Of a DNA stretch of 64,000 nucleotides, positions 50,717 through 60,920 are shown piece after piece. The first letter of the stretch is position 1, and the number at the start of each line of letters is the position of its first letter. The notes beneath the pieces were generated by a model. The model did not search any database, was not told the DNA's origin, and worked only from the letters and a program-made list of their open reading frames with translations. The stretch comes from Neoconidiobolus thromboides FSU 785 (lineage: Eukaryota > Fungi > Entomophthoromycota): positions 52,840 through 116,839 of the forward strand of contig MU626311.1 of the NCBI GenBank assembly GCA_025603075.1. Reading direction: 5' to 3'. The translations under genes were made by a program, and so were the position numbers.

Positions 50717-52636
50717 TTATTTTCTAATATAAATTAAACCTAAGCCATGTAATACATTACTTGAGTAACCATAAAAACCACGAATTATACAATTAGGAGG
50801 TAAATATAAAGAACTTGATTTACCACCATGGCCACCAAACCATTGATTTTGATTCTGATTATTAATATTAAATTGAAAACCATCTACAAAATAACCAGCA
50901 TTTACTTTCATACTAATAACTTGATTTAAATTTAGATTATTTAAATTATATTGATTTCCACCATTACCACCACATTCAAATATTAATTCATTATTATTAT
51001 TATTATAAAATTTAATACCGTCAATATAAATACCTGCATGAATTAATAAATTAATAGAATTAATAGAATTATCAAATATAACTTCAAAATATTGAATATT
51101 AGGATGATTATTATTAGTTGTACCAATTACTTCCCCTTTATAATAACATTGATTATGTTTAATAATTTTTGAATTTAATATAAATGATTTAAAATCATTA
51201 ATTATTTTTAATTGATATAATCCATTAATTTCCATACGTAAGTTATTATATTTTTCATTTTGAATTAAATTAATTATTTCTTGATTAATTGAAATTTCAA
51301 CTTTCTTAGGTAATTGATTTAAATGTTGTTTCATATGATTTTGAATATATAATATTTCATCTCCATTTAAAATAAGAATTTGACCAATCCCATTATTAAA
51401 TTCAATATGAATCTTTTCATCTATAAAATATAACTTAAACTGTTCTAAATTATTATTATAAAACATATATTCATTAGGTATTGAACAACATCTATGCAAT
51501 CTCATTCGATTTAAATTAGTGATATGAAAATGAGCCATATTATGTTCTAAAATAGGAATAAATCTATTACTCTTTGGACAAACTAATAAAAATGGTTTAT
51601 AAAATTCTTCATAACCTCGATTCATAATTCCAGTAGGCGTATGAGGACAACCTAAAGCATGTACGACTTCATGTAAAAATGCACCAATACCAATACAATA
51701 AGCGTCCATATGAAGACCTGTACCTTTACGTTCATCTGCTAAATAATTACGATCAACTTTAGTTAAGTCCATAAAACATGGTATTATTTCTGAGATTGTT
51801 TCTGGCCATGCAAAAGTGGTATGAGATCCCATTATAGACATTAATTCTTTATCATTAATGCCTTGAACAGCTGCATGACCTCGAATTAAATCTATTTCTC
51901 GATCATATTTTGTATCTAATATTAAACAGGCTACTCGAAATTCATCTTTAATTCCATATTTATTTAAGGTTTCTTTTAATATATTTAATAAGCCTGGTTT
52001 ACTTTTATCTACTGGTAAATCACCCTCTTTAAATTTATATTGTTGTGCAATATCTTTATCTCGTATTTGTTCCATTGTATATTCACTTTTTAATATCATT
52101 ACATCTGCTGTATTATTAAATATGTTTTCATTAGTATAAATCGTATCTTGTTGATATTTTTCAACAAAATTAATCGTACTATTATTATAACCATTAATAA
52201 TCATTTGTTCCCTAATATAAGCTTGCCAAATATAAGCTGCCATTCTTAGTCTTCTAATTGCACTATCAAGGTCATTTCTTTTATTAGGTAAATTTTCAAA
52301 AGTTAAATCACTATCTTTAGCAACTAAAATAGCTAATTGATACGCTGGTTTTGTATTATCTCGTTGGTAATTTAAATTCAAATGATATTCTATTTGATTA
52401 AAATAAAATTGAATTAGATTATTACCTTCAATTAATGGTACTAAACATTTAAATATATTATTAACTACCGAATAATGATATATTTGTTTTAAAGTGTCGA
52501 TAACAACTAAAGCACCTTCTTTATCAGTGTTGTTATTCTTAATTTCTCCAGTTATTAAAATTAACTTTTGATAAACTATTTCTTCATTTTTTACATTTAA
52601 TAAATTAATAAATCCGCAATTATTAACTTCACTCAT
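50717..52636 (-). CDS. YIL108W-like putative zinc metallopeptidase with C-terminal jacalin-like domain, intronless
   Basis: ILVAKDS..TFE, AIRRLRMAAYIWQAY, GHAA, GAFLHEVVHALGCPHTPTGIMNRGY (HExxH plus Met-turn). Jacalin-type AGIYIDGIKF...GGNGG...AGYFVDGFQF...FGGHGG...IRGFYG. Confidence 0.85.
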   Translation of the reverse strand: MSEVNNCGFINLLNVKNEEIVYQKLILITGEIKNNNTDKEGALVVIDTLKQIYHYSVVNNIFKCLVPLIEGNNLIQFYFNQIEYHLNLNYQRDNTKPAYQLAILVAKDSDLTFENLPNKRNDLDSAIRRLRMAAYIWQAYIREQMIINGYNNSTINFVEKYQQDTIYTNENIFNNTADVMILKSEYTMEQIRDKDIAQQYKFKEGDLPVDKSKPGLLNILKETLNKYGIKDEFRVACLILDTKYDREIDLIRGHAAVQGINDKELMSIMGSHTTFAWPETISEIIPCFMDLTKVDRNYLADERKGTGLHMDAYCIGIGAFLHEVVHALGCPHTPTGIMNRGYEEFYKPFLLVCPKSNRFIPILEHNMAHFHITNLNRMRLHRCCSIPNEYMFYNNNLEQFKLYFIDEKIHIEFNNGIGQILILNGDEILYIQNHMKQHLNQLPKKVEISINQEIINLIQNEKYNNLRMEINGLYQLKIINDFKSFILNSKIIKHNQCYYKGEVIGTTNNNHPNIQYFEVIFDNSINSINLLIHAGIYIDGIKFYNNNNNELIFECGGNGGNQYNLNNLNLNQVISMKVNAGYFVDGFQFNINNQNQNQWFGGHGGKSSSLYLPPNCIIRGFYGYSSNVLHGLGLIYIRK

Positions 52637-54207
52637 ATTTACTACAATTGTATATTATTTTATCTTTCTAATTGAAATTTGATATAAATTTTTTTAAAAT
52701 GAATATAGTAAATACAAATACTATTAAAACTACTTATTTACTCAATTCAATGTGATTGGTCAGAATAGAATGATTCAATAGCTTACTAAATTTAGTAGTT
52801 TCCAGCTTGTTAAATGGGTTGGCTATTTATTTGTTAAAGAATAAATTAATTAAAAAAAACCCAAGTGGGATAAAATTTTTGGTAAAATAAAGGCTGTTTA
52901 AGGGTCAATTGAGTTCAATAGTATAGAAATATTTAAATATTATAATATTAATTATTAATATAAAAATAAGTATTATGTTTATATTTATTTAAATAAAGAT
53001 GAAACTTTATTATTGAATTAATATATTAGCATTTATTGAAGCTTAGTAAGTTGTAAAGTGGTGGTTATTACAATTATTTGTTTTAAAAGTTGGTTGATTT
53101 TTAGCCACAAGATCTATATTTAAATGTTCTATAAATTTCAAATATGCCCTTAAATAATAAAACATTGAAAAATTTAAGAATTTTATAGTCACCGGTAAAA
53201 AATGAGGTATAAAAACAATTTAATACTTTGATTTTTTTTTTAACTTTTTGTCAACATGAGTTTATCAATTAATAATTCCAATACTCAAGTGAATCATCTT
53301 GGCACTTTATTTTTATTTATATATTCGATAATTGGTACTTATTTAATAGCAATGATGATATTACAGAATCTATGGTTGAAAGCGGAACCAATCCCATTAA
53401 ATTCACTTAATTTACCAACTTTTTTATTTTTATTTACATTGAAAGTAGTAAGAAAAGAAAGAGATAATTAAATTTTAATATTAGTTTATAACAGATAATA
53501 TCACTGGTTGAAATTATTGGCTAGTTTAGTTTAATAATAGTAGCAACATGAAATGAGCTTTATAGATGTTATTATTATCAATTACCTTTTCTATTAAAAA
53601 AGGGATAAAATTTAGTATTCCTTTGTTAAGCTTATCCCTATCTCTATTCTTGTTTTGAGCCTTTGTCAACAAAATCAAAATTCATTCTATTCAGTTTTTT
53701 CTAAATTTTAAAATCGTTTAACCTAAGCTTTACTTCATTCTTTTAATTCCTTCATATTATTCTTACTAACTCTTCTGCTTTTTCTTACTATTTTCTATTG
53801 CTTTTTCTTATTCATTTAAAACTCCCTTTTTTAAATAAAAAGACTTAAAAGTTAAATTTTGTACTTTTACTTTATATCTTTTATTTTATATTAGAATGTT
53901 CTATCTAGTTTATATATTTTCAGTTTCAGCCTATTTTAAATTTTATAATATTTTAATTTTAATTTTATCACTACAATACTGCTTTAGTCGTTGATCAGAT
54001 AAGCAATAGGCACTAATGATACCTACTTTTTAATTATAATAAGATGTAAATCAATTTGAATATTTTAATCAATGTTTAATTACAATTACATTATAAAATC
54101 AAATTTACTTCAAGACAATTAACAATTTAAAACTTTTCATCAAACAATAACATATGTATCAATCAGAAGCTAATAATCGAATTTATTAAAAAAACTAATA
54201 ATTAACT

Positions 54208-54578
54208 TTAAGGTTTGCTAAGTTGCCAGATGCAAGCTAAATTTAAAAAAATGATTAAAATCCATTTTTAATTAATTACAAATCCATAAAAAACTTACAC
54301 AAGACAGGAAGGGAAGCAGCGAAAGTACAAGCAGCGGTAAATTTGATAGCAAAAGCAGTTTTGTTTTTAACACTGAAAGGAAGATGCTAAAAGGAGTGAT
54401 CATTAATTTTCTAATATAATACAAATATTTGAAATTTATGGTTGATTTTTTTTGAATATGTTATTATAGAAAACCAAAAACTTACACTTCCATCTTTATT
54501 TTCAAAATGATAAAGGTCACTACGACGTACTTGACGAAGGGCCAAGCTGGAACGTGATAAGGCTTTACGGGCAATCAT
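54208..54578 (-). CDS. COX7C: Cytochrome c oxidase subunit VIIc (yeast Cox8), 3 exons (54578-54486, 54386-54299, 54236-54208), 69 aa; not in the ORF track
   Basis: Spliced product MIARKALSRSSLALRQVRRS DLYHFENKDGSHLPFSVKNKTAFAIKFTAACTFAASLPVLSCIWQLSKP*: Arg-rich presequence, H..LPF.V.NK motif, one TM helix, QL.K end. GTAAG donors, in-frame acceptors. Confidence 0.88.
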
Positions 54579-55496
54579 AATTTTGGATTGATTTAAAGAA
54601 ATTGAAGCAATATTAACTCATCGAATGCTTTTTAGAAATAGACTATTAGAGAATTTGATTGGCTCAAAATAGATACCAATTTTTTTGGTGGCTATAGTAA
54701 TTTTTAAAAATTTGGAATTTCCAACCATTTTTAACAATTTTTGAATCTTTTAATTGCTTCTTTTTTGAAGTGTACGAATCAAATAAGCGTAATCGCAGCT
54801 TGTATTATTTGATTGGTACAGTTAAAATGTATCAAAATAAAGTAAATTATTATGGGAGTAAAAATCTAATTATCAAAATTTATATAAGAATCAATTTCAA
54901 ATATTACAGTATTGTTTAAATTTATTAAATTGATTTCAACTTTAATAGTTAACGAATTACTTATATTCTAATATTTTCTTATTTATTTATAGTATTATTT
55001 CTTATAAGGCTAGAAGCGTTTCAATCTATTTACTACAAATTATGATTAGCTTTTGATGCAAATTTTTGATTTGAAATATTACTAAAAGCAATTCATCTGT
55101 AACTAATATTACACTTTTGTTAAATAGCCTTTTAATAGTATATATTAGTTATAAAGTCAAATACAACTGTAATTGATGCAATATACAATATTTTATAAAT
55201 AAATAAAATCTCTTATTTGAATTATTTTGTCCACTTTTTATACAAAATAAAATATCGAAAAAAACACTTCTAACAACACTTGTAAAATAAAAGTAAAATT
55301 TATTGTCTAAGATATCAACTTTGTTTCCTATATTTTAAAACAGGAATATTATTAATTGTTTTGCTTCCTGGTATCATTCTATTTTTACAATATCGAATCG
55401 AAGATAAAGTAGATTTCCTAAGCAAATAAATTTATTAAATGAAATGTCATTTTGAAAAAAATAGAATTTAAAAGTTAGTTTTAGTTGATGTATAAG

Positions 55497-55598
55497 AAAT
55501 GGGGATGTATTTCTGTTTAAGAATTTTACTAACAATTTTTCTACTCAAATAGTGCTTAAAATAGAAAAAGCAATAAAGCCAAAAAAACATCCTCAAAT
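55497..55598 (-). mobile_element. ~98-bp MITE copy (TSD AAAT/AAAT)
   Basis: aaat|GGGGATGTATTTCTG...AAAAAAACATCCTC|aaat. Confidence 0.87.
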
Positions 55599-55891
55599 GG
55601 TCCAATTGTTAGAAAAAATCTATCCCTGATAATTAATCTTAAAATTATACTTGCTAATTGAAGACAGTTAATAGTTTTACTGATAACTTTTTAAATTGTT
55701 TTAAGCAATAAGTTAATAGAAAGGAGTTTAAATAATAGTAATATGGAGAATTCAAATTCATTATTGTTCAATAATATATAATATAACTTTGATGATTAGA
55801 ATTAGTGAATAGCTTGTAAAATAAATTTATTATTATATTTTAATAACTAAAAGGAAATAATACAAAGTAATAAATAATTTATTTTTCAAAA

Positions 55892-57602
55892 TTAACAAAA
55901 TTGATTAAAGTTAAATTCCAATTTGGCTTCATTTAAATCTTCAATAACGGATTTATATTCTTCAAAGGTAGTATTATATCGATTCAATAATTTTTCTAAA
56001 TAAATTACACGATTTTTGGAGACTATAGCAGTTGTTGGTGATATGGTATAAGTATGATACATATGATTTAAAAAAGTGATTGCTGTCATTAATACTGTTC
56101 TCATTGAAAATGGTAATTCTTTTGGGTTTGGTGTTAAATTGTATTCGGTATGAATTGTATCCCAATTTTGAATTAAATTAAATAATTCCATTGCTGAGCT
56201 TAATATAGTACAGAAATGAACATAATCTTTAGGCAATGGATATTTGTAACATAATATAGTTGGCCAATATAATAATATAGTAAAGAAATGTAAAAAATAA
56301 TAATTGAAACAATACGTTTTTTCTTTAATCGTACTATTCTCAAATATGATTTTTTTAATCCCATTATAAGTGTTGGGCTCATACGTATCTACTGATATTT
56401 GTTTATACCAATCATATATCAATCTCTCAATTTCTTGTGATTCTTTATTAACGTTGTTTTGTATGATTTGGAGAAATTCTTTACTTTTAGGCTTAAAACG
56501 TGAAATGTAAATTTGAGAATTAATTGAAAACGTAAATTCAATCATTGTTGAAACTAAACCAGAGTAGGTAATATTTTTAGGATTGGGTAAGATTTGATTT
56601 GAAAAAAAATCAGATTGATCAATAAATTTACTTGTTAATGTATTAATATCATTAATCACAAATGGTTTTCCAGATAATATTGCTATATATCTTTTGGCTA
56701 ATAATAGTATTGGCCATACCTGACTTAATAAAGGTACTATCTCATTATTCTCACTTATACTCATTTTATTTTTAATAAGTTCTGGAAAATCATCATTTAT
56801 TTTAACTAAACCATTTTCACTTGCAATAGTTTGGAACATACTAGACAATAAAATTAGATAAACAAAAATCGGATAAAAATACTTACTTAAAAGATGAATC
56901 TAAATTTATAAAGATAAGTATGCCTTATTTAATATAAAATTTGAATATTACCTATATATTTTTCAGCAGAGTAAATCTTTCTTAATTTAAAAAAATAAAA
57001 CCCATAAAGCATCAAAGCTTTCATATTTGAAAGAGTTGGTTTGAGATATGCTTTAGGCAATTGGGTAGCTATTAATCCTAAACAATAATTCTCAGTTTGA
57101 TTTAAATTGTAGCCACAATCCTCGGTTAATGTAGTACAACTAAGAATAATCAAAACGGACTTTAATAATAGGTTTTCCTCCATTTCTAATATTAAATCTT
57201 GTTCGCTATTAAATAAAATTGAATGAGCTGATGAATTCATAAAGGAATTAGCTACTGCTTCTATAAAGACTTCATCTTTTAATGCATTATTCACTGGTTT
57301 AAGTTGAGTTTGCACACTGTAAGAAGGGTTTATACCATTACTTGATGGTGGTGATACCATGCCCTTTTCATTCAACTTATTTTCAAGAAATTCTACTCGT
57401 TTTACAAACTGAGCTATTGGTTTTGTTAATTTCAGCATGGATTCTAATTGTCGAGCTCTTTTATCAATAGAGGCCAACACAAATTTACTACCCTTTATGT
57501 TGTTCAGTTAAATACTTGGTTTTTTGCTTTATAACATTAACTTACTTTTCGTTTAGTTCCATTCTCTTTATCGTTCTTTTCTTTATCCGATTTGTTTGAC
57601 AT
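55892..57602 (-). CDS. Fungal transcription-factor (middle homology/Fungal_trans-like) domain protein with no visible Zn2Cys6 cluster, 4 exons
   Basis: Basic KRK stretch and coiled coil (IDKRARQLESML...RVEFLENKL). LKPTLSNMKALMLYG...AEKYIG...ASENGL...QVWPILL...IAILSGKPFVIND resembles the conserved MHR pattern. Confidence 0.6.
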
Positions 57603-58839
57603 TTTAATAAACTACACTAAATTTAAATTTTTGAAACTTTAAAAGAATGAGTAAAAATTAGTTGAATGATTTAATTAAATTAGCTACGCCAAGAATAAAC
57701 CACTTAAGCCGATAACTATTTCCAATTGTTGCATTTTTTTATTAAAATCATGAAGTTTCGCAGTATAAGAAGTATCATTTTATTGCGACTTTTAATCATT
57801 TTAATTTTTATGTTGCATGAAAAATAAACATAATAAAAAAACTACTTCTCAACTAAGTATTAAATTTTCAATAAATCCTTGATTAAAAATTAATTTTCAA
57901 AAGGAGTTTATACTAGAAAATTTTTAATAGTAATGTAAAGATTGATATTACAAAGATACTTAGAAGTTATAAACAATATTATTACTAAAATACATACTGT
58001 GCGAATAAAACAAGCTTTGATTTTTTTATCATGCGCTTTTTGATTCATCAATAGAAATTAACTTAATATTGATTAATTTGAATAATAATAATCAATTTTA
58101 ATTTGAAATTTATGTGCTAAATATAAAAGGTCTTTATAAACTATAAAATTATATGTATATGCATTTACAATTTATAACAACTATATAGCGTAAAGTATTT
58201 TAATCAAATTTCTATTAAATTTCTTTGCATAAGTTTAAGCTGCTGTTAGATAGTATCCCGTAATATTTCCCAAGCCATTAACCGGTTTTGTTTTAATATT
58301 ATTGTATTGAAGAAAATGATTTCAAAGACAATAACCTGTTTTGTTTTACTTTGATCACTATACTTAATAAATTACACTGCTCTATTTTTTATTTTATGTT
58401 TATTTTCCTTGATAAATAATCATAAAAGAGGTCTCTGAGTTATTCATAAATTATTTACTATTACTATAGGTTAATAAACTACACTTTATTTAGAAAGGTA
58501 TTTATAATAAATAATCTCTCTGATAACAGAGCCATAAATTTACTAATATGATTACTATCACGATTTAGTATATAAATCAAGGAGGAATATTTTGTTTACC
58601 GTATAGGATTATATAAAAATATTAAAAAAAAGATGTATAGTTTAAAAGCAGCAGTATAATATTATTGGTATAATAAAGTGTTATTAAATAAATTGTTTCA
58701 TTTATTGATTATATTCTGCATTAAAAGCTTAATGTCTAATATCTAAGTTAAATGAAAAAGTACTTCAGATAATTAATAATGGGATACTATTAAACAAAAT
58801 CCTAGACTAGGGTATTTTTCATTCAAAATAGCAGTCTAA

Positions 58840-58940
58840 ATATGGTGGTGTTTTTTGGCTTCGTTGGTTTTTTCATCTTTTAAGTACTATTAAGCGGAAA
58901 AGATGAAAAAACCAATGAAGCTAAAAAAACATCCCCATAT
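58840..58940. mobile_element. Palindromic (fold-back) derivative of the ~98-bp MITE
   Basis: The left arm 58840-58881 and right arm 58898-58940 are both the left half of the family, in inverted orientation, around a 16-nt loop. Confidence 0.9.
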
Positions 58941-59088
58941 ATTCTATTATGTTATAAAGGAATAAAAATAACAGATATAGACACAAGTCAATGACCAAAA
59001 ATAATACCCGTAGTAATAATAGTGAAATTGATGTTTTTAACAATAGAAGAAAAGTGCTTATAATATATAGCTAATAAAATTATTAAGC

Positions 59089-59195
59089 ATATGGGGATGT
59101 TTTTTTTTATTTCATTATTTTTTCCATTTTTTAAGCGCTATTTGAGTGGAAAGATTGTTAGTAAGATTCTCAAACACAAAAAAATATCTCCATAT
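59089..59195 (+). mobile_element. ~98-bp MITE copy (TSD ATAT/ATAT)
   Basis: atat|GGGGATGTTTTTTTTAT...GAAAGATTGTTAGTAAGATTCTCAAACACAAAAAAATATCTCC|atat. Confidence 0.9.
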
Positions 59196-59277
59196 GAAAA
59201 ACTTAGGTAAAAGATAAAATTATATACTTTTTCCGATTTGATAAATGACACCTTACTAGAGTGTTCATTTGATATAC

Positions 59278-59383
59278 ATAAGGGGATGTTTTTTTGGTTT
59301 CATTACTTTTTTCATTTTTTGAGCCCTATCTGAGCGGAAAAATTGTTGGTAAAATTCTTAAACACGAAAATACATTTCCATGA
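59278..59383 (+). mobile_element. ~98-bp MITE copy (flanks ATAA/ATGA)
   Basis: ataa|GGGGATGTTTTTTTGGTTTC...GAAAATACATTTCC|atga. Confidence 0.87.
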
Positions 59384-60088
59384 TGAATATAGAAATGTAA
59401 TAAAATTAAACAAATACTAAACTTTGTATTTAAGTATTATAATTGTAATAAAAACAAAATTAAATTAGGATAAGATATTATTTTTTTAAAGCAGTATTAA
59501 AATAATAAATTCATGGTTATATGAAAAATAAAGCTTATAACGTTTTTCAAATAGCAAGGGAAATTGTTTTTATTTCAAGTGTGAAATATCGCTTTGTCAG
59601 TCCCATGGTTAATTATACCATAATAATCGCCTAAGCTGTTGTGTTCTCGAGTTCAGAGAAAATCAATCCCACGTTCTTAGTTTGATTTGATATGAGAATT
59701 TCTATCTTCGTCTCAAAGAATATTCTCCCCTCGTTTTGATATTTATACCTATCCGAGTATAAAAGAGATTCTAAAACATAATAGCTTGAGGCTTTTTGAC
59801 TGAATTATTCCCTGATATCTCGAACATTTGATAAAGCCACTAAGTTTTCTTAATAGTATTTTACATAGATTTTACATTAGTATTGTCTATTCTATTTGTC
59901 TTACATAGTCTGTAGCCTATTACGTGCTATTCTTTATAATTAAAGTCTATCTTAGTCACATAAACTAAGACATTTCGATTTACAGCATAGTCAACCAAGC
60001 AATGACTGCTTTTGACTCTAATTACTGGATATCAGATTCCACAGTTATTAATAATATGGTTTGCTGATCTAATTTAAGGCCATTTATT

Positions 60089-60194
60089 ATATGGTGATGT
60101 TTTTTTGTGTTTGAGAATCTTACTAACAATCTTTCCACTCAAATAGCGCTTAAATATGGAAAAAGTAATGAAATCAAAAAGAACATCCCCATAT
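60089..60194 (-). mobile_element. ~98-bp MITE copy (TSD ATAT/ATAT)
   Basis: Reverse-complement match to the consensus; shares diagnostic variants with the 59089 copy. Confidence 0.9.
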
Positions 60195-60359
60195 TCTTAG
60201 TTTATTTAAATAATCTAAATAATCTAAGTGATATAAATGATCTAAATGATATAAATAATGGTTGTAGCTCAAATAATGATAAATAAAATGATTTAGCTAA
60301 CAAAATTATAAAAACTATTTAAAATAAAATTAAATAAAATTAAATAAAATTAAAAAAGC

Positions 60360-60464
60360 AAATGGAAGTGTTTTTTTTGGCTTCATTATTTTTTCCATCT
60401 TTTAAACGCTATTTGAGTGGAAAATTTAAGCAAAATTCTTAAACACAAAAATACATCCTCAAAT
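60360..60464 (+). mobile_element. ~98-bp MITE copy (TSD AAAT/AAAT)
   Basis: aaat|GGAAGTGTTTTTTTTGGCTTC...AAAAATACATCCTC|aaat. Confidence 0.88.
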
Positions 60465-60673
60465 GAAAAAAGATTTATAAAAATTCATTAATTATATATT
60501 TAATAAAAATGCTTATAAGATAAAAACAGATATTAAGAATAAATTAATAGCTAGGAACCAAGTATTCATGAGCTATAATATCAGTATTTATGCTTATAGG
60601 CTTAATTTTAAATTTATACACTCTTTAATTAGTCTTGAAGTTTACAAAAATAAATGGAACAAAAAGTATGGAA

Positions 60674-60920
60674 GCCCTAGCATATAGTCCAGACCTATCT
60701 TTCTATGATTTCTAGTTATTTTAGAAATTAAAAAGCTTACTGCTAGTATAATTAAAAAAAGTTATTAAAAACTTCTGAGCAACGATTTAAGAATCGTTTT
60801 ATATTGTGGAAGAAAAGAATGGAAATATGTATTGCATTGAGTTGTGATTGTATTTAGTGCTTTTGCTAATTTTTAAACAAAGATTATAAAAGCTTTTTAT
60901 GGCTTTTATAACCCCTTGGG
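60674..60920 (+). pseudogene. Decayed mariner-type transposase C-terminus plus TIR-like end
   Basis: ALAYSPDLSFYDF*LF*KLKS (cf. PPYSPDLAPxDFWLFPKLK), then WKKRMEICIALSCDCI* (cf. WxxRxxKCIxxxGxY), followed by ggcttttataacccctt, which resembles a mariner right TIR. Confidence 0.65.

Noticed and set aside
53256-53471. 71-aa hydrophobic ORF
   Set aside because: Its composition is what AT-rich noncoding DNA produces by chance, and I see no homology.
59581-60060. GC-richer stretch between inverted MITEs as a possible ncRNA or captured gene
   Set aside because: No ORF, splice pattern or known RNA motif could be identified.
58840-60464. Clustered ~100-bp repeats that might suggest a CRISPR-like array
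   Set aside because: Spacing and orientation are irregular, the repeats have TIRs and TSDs, and the context is eukaryotic with no cas genes.
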